Below the pieces are notes generated by a model, which saw only the letters and a list, made by a program, of their open reading frames with translations, was not told the DNA's origin and did not search any database. DNA of 62,911 bases, the filler included, from Kipferlia bialata (taxonomy: Eukaryota), in assembly GCA_003568945.1 (NCBI GenBank). It is 5 parts of 5 records of this genome, joined end to end, with 100 filler letters (N's around TTAATTAATTAA, not from the genome) between each part and the next. Parts side by side here need not be neighbours in the genome. Positions count along the whole stretch, not along the records: positions 1 to 17,993 come from BDIP01000498.1; positions 18,094 to 36,065 come from BDIP01000500.1; 3 more parts are not named here. One strand, 5' to 3'. Numbering within the stretch: the stretch's first letter is position 1; the number at the start of each line of letters is the position of its first letter. This document shows positions 11,688-24,100 of the stretch, in pieces. The position numbers and the translations under genes are program-made.

Positions 11688-14509
11688 ATGGTCCACAGGA
11701 CAGTGGTCGTGACTGGGGGCTCAGGGTTTGTGGGCCAGTATGTATGTGCCGCAGTACACAATGCAGGTGAGGGCTGACCCCATGTATATCGCGTTAGTAT
11801 TCCCTGTTAAGAGACTTCTCTATCCCCCCCCCCCCCTCCTGTCAACCTTCCCCTCATCCCTAGGCTACAGACTGAAGGTGCTTGTCCGCCCCACCTCCGA
11901 CACCTCCCGCATCCTAGTCCCCTTTGAGCCAGTACTAGGCAATGTCAACGACACAGAGTCGATGCAGAAGGTATGGATATGCACAAGGATGTATTCTATT
12001 TAGTTGTAGGTACCCTCTATTCTCTCTCCCCTCCCCCCTCGCCCCAGGCCTTCTCCGGGTGCCATGCTGTCATCCACCTGGCCTGTCCCTCGGCATGGAG
12101 TATGCTCAGCAGCCCAGGGGTGGTGGACGTCATACAGGTATGCTATATAGCGTGTGTACACTAATTAGCCAAGTAATTTGGGGTTGTCCATGTCATACAG
12201 GTATATACAATATATATATCTACATATTTATAGGACGTTGGCAACTGGAGGAGACATGTGAGTACTATGGGCTATCACCATGTGTATTTTCACCCTCAGG
12301 TTGGGACTGAGAATGTCATTGCGGCATGTAAGGCAGTGGGGGTGCCCAGGCTGGTGTACATGTCATCGGCTGCGGCAACAGGTACGTACATGATGTATCC
12401 ATTATATATAAGTATACACAGATCAGGACTCGCTTTCTCTCACGGTAGGAGGCTCAGCCGAGCCCTGTCCCCAGCTGCCAGAGAGGCCTGACCCTACGCG
12501 GTGTGGGGACATGTACTACGCTAGAGGTATATATGTATATCATGCAACATATGTATGTGATATATTCATTGTACTACAAGACAGACACTCCCCTATCTGA
12601 CATACTCCTTACCCCCAGGCAAAGCCCTTGCAGAGCTCTCCGTGCTAGAGTATGCCAACTCTCTCGGGGACCTTGCTGGTGAGTAGCCATATATATATAT
12701 ATGCAGCATACGTGCATTGATACCTCTTGTCCTACTCTCTGACCCCCAGCCCCCTCCGACACCTCCAGCGACTATGTGGCCCCCAGCGTCATAGACAGTG
12801 AGGACAGTCAGGCACCCAGGGTGGTCATCATTAGGCCTGGGGAGGTGTTCGGTCCACATGACACAGGTGGGTGGGTATATATATATTAATATTTATACTT
12901 CAGTATGTAATACACCCACTCCAGGCCACATCACGTCCTCTGACTTTGTGTCCCTGGTCCCCACCTCCTCCCCCCCTCTGCCTGTGCTGGTGCCAGACGG
13001 GGGGGTCACGGCGGTGGATGCTAGGTATACCTATGTACATATCAATGACTTAATAATAGTGACTCACAGCGGTGGATGCTAGGTATATACACATATATAC
13101 ACATATATACACATATGTATAAACACAAAAGTGTGCAACGTCTCCTATCTGACCCCAGAGATGTAGCCCAAGCCACAGTTGCAGCCATAGAGAGGGGGAG
13201 GCATGGTACCATATACAATCTAGGTATAGGGGTGTGTCAGGATACACAGATGTCTTAGGGGCATAGACTATCTACGCTAATAGCTTACATATAGGGGGAG
13301 AGAATGTGACCATCCGCGAGTTAGCCAGACGCAGCCAGTGCCTCATGGGTGTCTTTGGGGTGGGTGTCCATACCCTTGACCTCTCTGCATGTTTATCCAC
13401 TCTCTGACCCCCAGCTCATTGTGGTGCCCAGTCCATGGCTGACAAGGACAGTCATCAGGGCAGGTATATAATCATACATTCTTATGGTATGTATGGTGGT
13501 GTATAGGTCTGATACCCAGGAGAGTCAGGGCAGCTACACTACTCTATTATATGTGTATACCATGTGTATCTTTGTATAACCAATGCTTATATGTATCCAG
13601 TCACAGTTATGGTCATCCACCTCTTTCCATGTTTCTCACCCTCTAGGCATGGCCCTCCCATGGCACCCAGCATGGGCCGTGACAGGCCACTATGCACAGA
13701 GGTATTTACAGATGTATATCACTATATCTGTGTTGACAGTCTCACCCCCAGATACTGGCTACTGGACTGCACCTCTAGTTACAGAGACCTAGGCTTCTCC
13801 CCGAGGTCTCTAGACCTAACCCTCTATGACACACTCTCCTGGCTGTGTGAGAGTGGGGGGATGGGCAAGAGGTAGATAGTTACGGATATAGATATCAAGT
13901 GTATATACAAAGGGTCACCTTCTCTATTCACTCAAACTAGGTTCCGCTCCCGCAAGCCCTCTGCATCCAGTCTGTCCAGACACTCCCAGGCAGCGTTGAA
14001 GGTGGGGCATATGTATATGTGTGTATATATATATATGTGTATACGTATATATAGGGATCGACTAGATTTACCAGTCTGTCCAGACACTCCCAGGCAGCGT
14101 TGACGCTAGGGGTATGTCATAGGACTCTGGTAGATCTTGTCTACCAGTCTAGTGTCCATCTGTATGTATGTCTGCTTCCCGACTTACTCCCAGGTGCACC
14201 TGAGTGCCGGGTCTGTCCCCCCCACCCTGCATGGGCCATCAGTCGGTATCACAGATGTCACAACACTCCCTCTCAACACTGCAGTGCACAAGTTCGACCC
14301 CATCAGGTGACAGTGAAGGACTACACTATAGTGATGTTATTGATATGTAGAATTGATTTGGTTGGGCAACCTCAGCCGTTGACTCATTACATTGTTGATA
14401 TGTATTATGTATTAATGATATGCACATATATGTGATACATATGCATATCCCTCTGATACCCAGGTCAGTGGACGAAGAGGAGGAGGGTGGCAGGGGCATC
14501 GGGAGGTAG
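11688..14509 (+). CDS. Extended SDR, NAD-dependent epimerase/dehydratase (HpnA / dihydroflavonol reductase / 3-beta-HSD-like), many introns
   Basis: MVHRTVVVTGGSGFVG Rossmann motif, GCHAVIHLA, GTENVIAACKAVGVPRLVYMSS, YARGK (YxxxK), RPGEVFGPHD, VDARDVAQA, RDLGFSPRSL. Confidence 0.85.
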
Positions 14510-14781
14510 AGAGATATGAGTTTATGCCCGAGACAGTCAGAGTCAATAGAGATTCCACATACTCTAAGGATAGTACTATCGTCCACTAGCAGTCCATCCT
14601 ACCCAGCGTGGAGAGGAGAGGCACCTTAGTAATAGATGCAAGGAGTACTAGGTTCCCCGTGACAGGTTTCCACACAAACTGATGAAACGTGTGACAAGTC
14701 CTACTTTGTCAAAAGGGTGCAGCGTTTTGTCTCTTCTTCAAGTGTGCCATCTCGCAGACTCTTTATCCACACTTACTGAAG

Positions 14782-17240
14782 ATGGGAGATTGTACGTGGG
14801 AATGGTACCATTATATGTTGAGTTTCATGTGCCGCAGTAGAATATAAGTGTTTGTGAGCACATACCTGTTGTGTCTGTCGTTTGTGGTTGAGATTAGTGA
14901 CATCAAGTATGACGTGGTCAGGCAAGTCCCTCACCCCCAGGTGCTAACTGCCCAAGCAGAGGAACATGCGGAAAGGCCCAGGGTATGTGGTGTTGTACCC
15001 TATATGTGATGTTGACGGTCTAATAGCCCAGTCTCACAGGAATCAATAATCTGCTTCATTTGATGTGGGCCATTGATTATATTGATCCTTGTCTCACAAC
15101 CAGCCCAGGACGCCAAGCCCGACCCATGTGCTGGATGCCCTAGCAGGAGCGCCTGTGCCTCTGCTGGCAAGGGATGTGGAGGCAAGCCCCAGGTATGTGA
15201 GCCCTGTATCGATGTGTTGTCTCTTTGACACTGATGAGCATCTGAGACGCCACTCTCATGCATCAATGTACATCGACACAGTGTTATCTGTGCTACAATA
15301 CACTACCGTATCTTACCCACAGGAGCCTGCCTGTGAGAACGCCGGGTCCGACAAGTGTGCAGGGTGCCCCAGCAGGTAACCATTAGATGCATTAACTATT
15401 TATCGAAATACATATTGATTTCATATTTCTACTCCTGTCTCACCCTCAGGGCCACCTGTGCCAGTGCCAAGGGTGCCGCTGCCGCCGCCCCCAACCCCAT
15501 CCACGCCAGGGTCGCCGAGCGCTTCGCCAACGTCAAGGTACACATTCATATTACTCTCTCTCTATACATATACATATTACCTATCCCATTGTATGTTCTA
15601 CTATTTAGTGTTGCTCTGGTTCAGGGAACCAATACCCCCCCCCCCGTTGGCTAGTATGTCTATCTCTCTCCCTCACCCCAGAACGTGATTGTCGTGCTCT
15701 CCGGCAAGGGAGGTGTTGGCAAGTCCACCGTGGCCGCACAGCTCGCATACCACCTCGGAAGGGCCTATGGTGCCCAGGTATATTCTCTCGCTTCTGCGTA
15801 TATGTGTAAACTAGCCTCTCTCTCTCACTGCCTTTCGGTGCCTCCCCTTACCCCAGGTCGGTCTCCTTGACATCGATATCTGCGGACCCTCTGTGCCCAC
15901 CCTCACCAGCACCAAGGTATAGCATCTCTCTCTTTCTCTCCCTCCCCCCCGCTCTATCTCTGGTTCTTAACCCCTTACCCCCCTCTCTTCTATTCTTTCT
16001 ATCTCCCCCCTAGGGCCACGAGATCCACAACTCCGGCCTCGGCTGGGAGCCCGTGATGGTGAACGAGAACCTCAGCGTCATGTCCATCGGATACATGCTG
16101 GCAGACGATGACGCCGCTGTCATCTGGAGGGGACCCAGGTAGACAAGCGAATGAATATATACAGTGTATAAATATATATATATATATACATGTGTGTATA
16201 TCCCTCACTCCCAGGAAGAACAGCATGATCCAGCAGTTCGTGACCGAGGTGTGGTGGGGTGAGCTCGACTACCTCATCATCGACACCCCCCCAGGTACAC
16301 GCCTAGTGCATATATATACATTTATATAGCAACTATCTCATCCCCCCCCCCCAGGTACAGGCATAGTGCATATATATACATTTATATAGCAACTATCTCA
16401 TCCCCCCCCCCCTCACCCCAGGCACCTCCGACGAGCACCTGTCCATCCTCAACCTCCTCACCCCCTCCCTCAAGAACAAGCCCTGCGGAGCTGTCATCGT
16501 GTCCACCCCCCAGGTACACACACTGCACTAGCTGCCCCCTTTCTATCTCCCCCCACCTCTCTCACTCCCCACCTCCATTCACCCCCCTCTGCCTCTCTCT
16601 ATATCCCTCTCTCCATATATATCTCCCCTCACCCCCAGGAGGTGGCCCTTGCCGATGTGCGCAAGGAGATCAACTTCTGCCACAAGGTGACCCTGCCCGT
16701 GTTTGGTGTCGTTGAGAACATGTCTGGCTTCGTGTGCCCAGGCTGCAAGACTGAGACCACCATCTTCCACCCATCCAACGGAGGTGAGGAACAGTGTAGT
16801 GTGCATACCTCTCTCCCTCACTCTCTCTCCCTCACCCCCAGGTGCCAGAGGCATGGCCGAGCGCATGTCTGTGCCTTTCCTTGGCAGACTCCCCCTTGAT
16901 ATGCACCTGGTTAGGGCATCCGAGGAGGGCAGGTACTACTATCATAGTATATACACACACCTTCATCATGGATTTGTATTCTATCCACTGACCCCTCTAG
17001 GTGCTGGGCCGGTATGGTTGCCCAGATGTCCGACATCCCAGCCGACGAGGCTGCCCAGAAGGAGCAGGTATGGCCCATGTGCCTCTCTCTCTCTCTCTGT
17101 CTGTCTCTCTCCCCCCCCCCCTCTCACCCCAGGTCGATGACTTCTACGGCAACCCAGGTCTTAGGATGTTCTCCGAGACCGTGGACAAGCTCCTCATCAA
17201 CCTGCATGGCGTGGCCCCTGAGAAGGAGCAGGCCTGCTAG
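14782..17240 (+). CDS. NBP35: Cytosolic Fe-S cluster assembly scaffold, Mrp/Nbp35 P-loop NTPase
   Basis: N-terminal Cys motifs, [86 protein letters not shown] at 17238-17240. Confidence 0.95.
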
Positions 17241-17590
17241 GCAGCACTAGACCAAGAGCACCACTAGGGTAGTGGGATAGAGGCATATATGGACTCTAGT
17301 CACTAGCCTGGGTGCCGCATGATTATTATAGCCATTCCTAACCGTTCGAATAGAGAAGTGTGGAAGTGATATATCATAGTGACGGCTGTAGGTTCTGTCA
17401 TGGAGAAGAAATCTGTTACCCCTCCTGTCACGGAGAGAAGGGTTTATCTAATAGTCTTTGGCGGATTGATCGAAAAGTCCGATCAATTTCGTAAGTCCGA
17501 CAGCTCGATTCCCAACTTGCTTCCTTCGGCTGTAAGGGCATTGAAATGGCGGGTCATAGCGGCCCAGGCCCTGACAGGGTCATAGTCACA

Positions 17591-17643
17591 ATGGCCAGGG
17601 TGAGGCCCATGGAACAGGACGGAGACAATACCCTCAGCTGCAG
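17591..17643 (+). CDS. Possible first exon of a gene cut by the contig end
   Basis: ATG, a short open frame and a CAG|GTATG donor, with an upstream AAGGGTTTA motif. No homology cue. Confidence 0.3.
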
Positions 17644-17941
17644 GTATGTGCTAGCTCGTGACTGCTGCTATACTACACAGAACTTGCTTTGCCTAGTGTA
17701 ACTCCCATCCTAGCTGTCCCGACTCTACATACCCAGTTTAAATAGGGTATATGTCCCTTTAGTGCCGTATCTGACTCCAGTGGCTCGAGTGTAACCATCA
17801 CACACCCTGCACTGAGGGAGAGCACAGAATTCCAATTCGATAAGGTATGTGGTGATAGTACGCCATTCAGACTGAATTGGTTCCCAGTATGTGTGCAAGA
17901 TATCATATATTCCCCCTGTGTAGTGGATAGACGGAGATGTA

Positions 17942-17993
<52 letters not shown>

Positions 17994-18093
17994 NNNNNNN
18001 NNNNNNNNNNNNNNNNNNNNNNNNNNNNNNNNNNNNNTTAATTAATTAANNNNNNNNNNNNNNNNNNNNNNNNNNNNNNNNNNNNNNNNNNNN
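17994..18093. other. Artificial contig spacer (N44-TTAATTAATTAA-N44)
   Basis: All-frame stop linker flanked by Ns. Confidence 0.98.
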
Positions 18094-18115
18094 CAGACGT
18101 GTGCTCTTCCGATCT
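18094..18115 (+). other. Illumina TruSeq adapter remnant
   Basis: CAGACGTGTGCTCTTCCGATCT at the contig start matches the 3' part of the TruSeq read-2/index adapter sequence. Confidence 0.95.
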
Positions 18116-18161
18116 CAGTCAATGTGTCCCTCTATGTCTTTCCCCCCCCCCCCCCCCCCAG

Positions 18162-21100
18162 TCAATCTCACCCGAGGACTCTCTTCATGGTCACTCTGGG
18201 ACCAGCTCCTTCCGTCGCGATGACTTTGGCACCAGCCTAGCCATCGACGCCCACTCTGACGGGTCTGCCCGACTGTTATGCGGCAGTCCCAATGGGGTGG
18301 GGGTGTTCACTAGGGGTGCTGGGGCAGACGGTGTGTGGGCTGAGGTGTCCTCCCCATTCAACAGTGCAGCAGAGGTGGTAGGGGTGGCTGTGTACGGGGA
18401 CTGGATGACAGCAGGTGGGTGCATATCTCTCACACTATCACTATCACACTATCACTATACACACATATATATGTGTATATATATGTGGGTACATTACGTG
18501 ACTGGATGGCAGCAGGTGGGTATATACACATGGATATGCATGGGAGTAAATTATGTCCTCCTATAGAGAGATATTCTGTATACATGTCATTCACAAATAG
18601 TATTAGATAGTATAGAGATGGCATATATATATGGCATACACATGGCATATTCTTACTTTGATATAGGGGGCAAGGCGGGTGGCAATATGTATGTGAGTAA
18701 CAGGACTTTCTTTTGTACATGTTTCTATGTATCCATAATCCATGTCAATATCTATCCGTATATATATATATATATATATATATCCATAGATTTATATCTA
18801 AGTACATATATACTGTATATATGCCTATATCTACTTCTCATCCCAGTCGGACCCAAGGGTGGACGCACCAAGTTGGCTGGGGGGTATAGGGCAGACTTCT
18901 ATGGAGACGTGTCAGCTGTAGCTCTTGGAGAGGTGGATGGCAAGGTATGTATATATATCCATTTGTTGCTATTAGTATGTGTATATATACTCTTTCATTT
19001 GTGTATATACTATAATTATGTCTCTATACCTGAGGTGGATGGCAAGGTATTATAGATAGTAATGTATATATATGTCTCTATACCACTTATATCTAGTCTG
19101 TACTAGAGGTGGGTGGCGCAGTATTAAGAAATGTATCCATATATGTCTGTGTGCTGGGGTGTGATCATAGCCTCCACCCTTTGTGCATTACATATTCTGT
19201 CTGTTTTGGTCCTACTATGACTCCCTTTCACCCCAGATGACAGCTGTGTATGTAGCGAAGGAGTATGGCAACTACGTTGCCTTGACCTGGCAGCAGTGGC
19301 CAGATGGATGGGAGTTCCATTCTAGGGTATACTATGGTAGGAGCTATAGTGCCCTTCTGCTACCCCATGACCACATGCTGTTTGGGGACACCCTCAGGCT
19401 GCACTCTCCCAACACCCTGACAGAGGAGGGGGACCCCATAGCAGGGACCGGTAGCTGGGTGGAGGTGGCTGAGATAGACACGGGCTGCTACTCCAGAAGG
19501 GAGTGGGCCTACTCTCCCTCTGTGGCTGCTGATACCTTCCTAGTGGTGGGTGACCCTTATGCAGAGGAGGCTGTGCAGTACCAGGGGGTAGTGGCTGTGA
19601 GGGAGATATCTGCCCCTGGTGTTGGTGGTGTGACTGCAGTGATCGAGGCCACCCCAGGCGAGGTGTGTGGGGAGACCTCTGTCACAGTCTCTCTGTCTGA
19701 CACTGCGTCTGGTGCATATGGGGGCGATGTGCTATCTGCACTGCTAGGCCTAGTGGTCACAGTCAACGGGGCATCCTTCCACGCACCCACACCGACGGGA
19801 GAGACAGGTACCTATATACGTGTGCGTCTATTCTGGGACAGTGTAGCTATATATGTGACATGGAGTAGAACATGAGCCATTGCAGCATTCTATCACATCA
19901 AGAGCTTGCTTCTTACAACAGGTGTGTATTCCGTGAGTCTTCCCCTGCCTAGCACCCCAGGCCCCCATTCCATCTCTGCTACCATCAACGGTGCCCAGGT
20001 TGGCAGCACCTCCCTCTCCCTCTCCCGTACCGTGGACGTGGCACTCTCCTCCCTCCACCTGCCGTTAGAGGTAGCAGTAGACACTCCATTCTCTGCTAAG
20101 GTTGTACCAAGGGATCACTGTGGGGCCATGCTCACCGGACTCTCCCTTACTCTCTCCACCGAGGCTGATGGTGTCATTAGTACTCTCTCAGATGCCTCTG
20201 GATACACAGTGTCGGGTCTGACCGTGCCCAGTCCCCAATCTTTGTGCTACACAGCCACTGTGGTAGGGTCTCCCTCTGACACTTGGTCCAACTGTGTATC
20301 TGGGGTGTCTGGTGTTGTCTCAGAGCTACCGACAGAGCCATACCTAGACGCGGATGTTAACGGAGAGTGGCTGGCCTTTGCCTATAGCGGTAGGGACGTG
20401 TCCCTGTTCCACATGCTTGATGGTCACTGGGTACCACACAGCACACTCCCAGAGACTGTGCACCTGTCATTCGCCAAGGACATATATCTGTTCACCCACT
20501 CACAGGAGACCCTCTCTGAGTATAGATATGACGCGGAGGGTGATGTGTGGACACTGATGTCGACAGGGCCTCTCAGAGGAGACAACTTTGCCACCAACGG
20601 AGACTCAGCTGTGGGGTTCTACAACTACGATGCCGATGACCACTCCTCCTGGGGCCAGTACGGACACGCCCTGGACAGGTACATGTATATGTATCTATAT
20701 ATGTATATCTATACTTGTGGATATGGATATATCATGTCCCCTTTCTCCTCTGCCGATTCCTTGTATATCGTCTGTCTGTCAACATATATGTCCCCAATGC
20801 TGTCTTGTCTCTCAGTCTCTCACCTCCAGGTATTACTCCGTCAGATTCGACCACCCTGAGGTAAGAGTGGTTTGCGTAGCAGAAGTATCCGACTGATATA
20901 CCCTTGAGTGCCAAATGCTGTCCTGATATTTCACCATTGATCATTCTTTACCATCTCAATTCCTGTATGTTTCTCTATCCAATACTGACACTCACTGCAG
21001 ACAAGCATAAGCGGGATAGACTCATACAACCGTATCTATGGGGCCGCTGCTGGTGCTGGGTGGTTTGTGCTGACGGCCCGCAACTCCTCCACATCTTCAT

Positions 21101-24100
21101 CCACGTCGTCTGACCGCCAAGCCGTGGTACAGCTCTACGAAGACGGACAGGTGTGGCGGGACGAACCCTATGTCTATTACAATGACCACACCGACTCACT
21201 AGGGGATGGTATAGCGCTCTCGCCAGACTCTCTGTATGTGGCGTACTCCAACACTGTATCGAGAGACCAAGGGAGAGTGATCTTGAGGAAACGCGCAGCG
21301 TGTGGATTTGGAGGCGAGGACTGGTGCTGGGGGTACGACGGAACCGTCTACAGCCCATCGAAGATGCCCTTTGCACGCTTTGGTGAGCGTGTGGTTATGG
21401 GTCAGGGTGTGGCGGTGGTGACATCTCTCGAGAACAGAGCCTACGTGTTCTCTGAGCCTGTGTTGGGTAAGGTCTGGGAGTACATTACACGTCTAGACGA
21501 CGTTGGTTCTGTGGAGACAGACGGCGTGTCCCTGCTCATTAGCTCTCCCTCTGTCTCCCCTGCGGGTACTAGGGTCATACCGCTAGTGGCAGAGGTTCCT
21601 GATGGGATTGTGGGTACCCTTGACACCAGCCTGCTCACCTATGCCGGCGAGTGTGCCGAAGTGACTGTGTCTGTGGTAGATGCAGAGGGAGACGCATACA
21701 CTCCCGACATAGCTACGCCCATCTATGGCCTCAGGGCTGTGTGGTCGAGTGCTGACAACGATGACATGGAGTGGTACGGGGCTGAGATCACTAGTGACCC
21801 TGGTGTGTATCAGATGAGGGTGTGTGCTCCAGACGAGGCAGAGGTGGCACACACACTGCATGTGTACATTGGCGCCACTCTGCTAGTTTCGGCTGATGTT
21901 ACCCCTTCGGACACGCCAGATTCTGCGCTCTCTGAGATATATGTACACCCCACACAGTCGGTAGGGGTGCCCATCTGGATTCATGTTGTCAACCATGCAC
22001 GTACATACCCGCGTCTATCTGTGTATAACGCAGATGGTGAGAGGGTGGGGGAGTGCACTACGGCGTCGACCGGGAGGGACTACTCACTCACACTGGGGGA
22101 GGAGGGGACATACACTGCCTCGCTGTACAGGTCATACTGCGACCCTAATGAGTGTTCCGCATACACTGTGGTCTCCTTCACAGTCTCTGCCTCAGTACCC
22201 TTGCATTCGGTCCCCATACCCTCAGAGTACCCGCAGTCCATCGTTGCGTATGGTGCTAGCGATGATTCTGACTGGTTGATTGTCGGTGTCTCTGACGTTG
22301 CGAGTGATACATCCGCATCTGCAGTCCTCGCCTTCCAGAGACTGACCAACACGTACTATCAGTTCCACTCGGCGTTTGATGTCGAGGGAGTGACAAACAT
22401 AGTACTCCATGAAGAGACAGTGGCGCTTGGTGTCTCAGAGAGAGTGGTAGGAGGGGTGGCTGGGGCTGGTGCAGTGTATGTACACAGACTAGACACGGAC
22501 TCAGACACCTGGCCTCTCCTGGCAGTCGTCGTCGCAGCAGACGAAGACCACCAACCCGTGGCTCCTGGTCTAGGGACAATCATTGGCGTCCATGATGACA
22601 CCCTTTTAGTGGGAGGCACCTCATGTCTCATCTACAGGGCTGACCTGTCAATGGCTAGTGATGTGTACGGGTCGATCATCCTCACTGAGGACGACCAGCT
22701 GTACCTCAAGCCCCCTTACTCCTCGAGAAAACCACTCTCGGCTGTGTCTATTGATGCCTCAGGAGGAGCCTTGGCACTTGGACTGTCGGCAGACAAGAGG
22801 GCTCTTCTGATGGACACGACCAACGGGGACACGTGGTGGGACGAGTACTCCCAGGTACCCATACTGATATGTTGACATATAGCTGTGGAATGTGGAGTGT
22901 GTCTGTATGGAACCCAATTTCACACCAGGAACTGTTTAGGAGTGCAAGCCACACCGGAGGATCACACGTTGCAGTGAATGGCGACAGACATTTAGTATTC
23001 TGGACATACGAGACAGAGGCCTTCTGGGCCGACTATGAGTATGCGGATGACACCAGTTATGACATTGGCAGCTACTACCTGGCCGCTGCGTCATACACAC
23101 CAGGTGCTAATGTGACTTATACACGTGATGTAGCCTTGGAGACGATCCTTGCCGGGCCAGTCAGGCAGGTTCAGAGTGAGGGAGATATGCTTGCAGTGAT
23201 CTACGAGAGTGGTACCTTGGATGTATTCACTATCCAAGAGGATGGTGAGGGGGGGCTGGTTCTGAGTGACCCTTTCCCCTTGTCTGAAGTGGTTGGCTCC
23301 TGTTCTCATGTAACTGCCTTGGAGGACACCCTCTATGTCCTGGCAGACGGGGTCCTCTCTGCCTTGCCATACTCCGCCCTTCCCACTGATTCAGAGGTCA
23401 CTGCCTCCCTCACCCAGCCTGATGTCTCTGGCGGCACCTGCTCCTCTAGTGATGTCACATTCAGGCTGTCTCTGGACGGAAGTCCCTATGGTGAAGTGGT
23501 AGATGTCAGTAGGCTCGGAGTCTCAGTCGGGGATCAACTATTCCCCGCTGTGTATACGGGAGGCTCCACCTATACCGCCACTGTCCAGTACCCAAGTGCT
23601 GGAATAACCTATGATCTGGAAGTGAAGAGAGGGGAGAGCGTGATCGCATCGTCTACAGTGACCCTTGAGGCCGGTGTAGTATCTGCCACCATGTCTAGAG
23701 TGCTTGTACCTGATGTCACTAGTGTCGCTGGGTTCTCCTTCGTGACCCAGCCGTCCAACGCTTGTGGGACTCTACTGCAAGGCCCTGATGTGTCTGTGAC
23801 TATCGAACAGTCAGGCACAACCCTTCAGACTCTCTCTGCCACTAGCGCCAGTGGCTACAGCGTTCACTCCGGTGCTCTCGAGGCTGGTCTCTGCACCATC
23901 AGGGCAGAGTGTGGGGGTGTCAGCTGGGGGGTCGAGGTTACAGTGGAGGAAGACACTGCCGTTGGCACCCCGCTTGCACGAGCAGACTCTACTCACTACC
24001 GCATAGTTTCCTCAGCTGCTGATGGAGAGTGGCTGGTGGTCTCCTACGAACAGCCACATAATGACAGTTGGAAGACCGATCGCACCGTCTCTGTCTACCG

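Noticed and set aside
10810..17240. Functional redox cluster (selenoprotein, SDR, NBP35)
   Set aside because: No evidence beyond adjacency in a compact eukaryotic genome.
18038..18049. TTAATTAATTAA palindrome recurring four times
   Set aside because: It is an artificial linker inside the N spacers; adjacency of genes across spacers is not meaningful.
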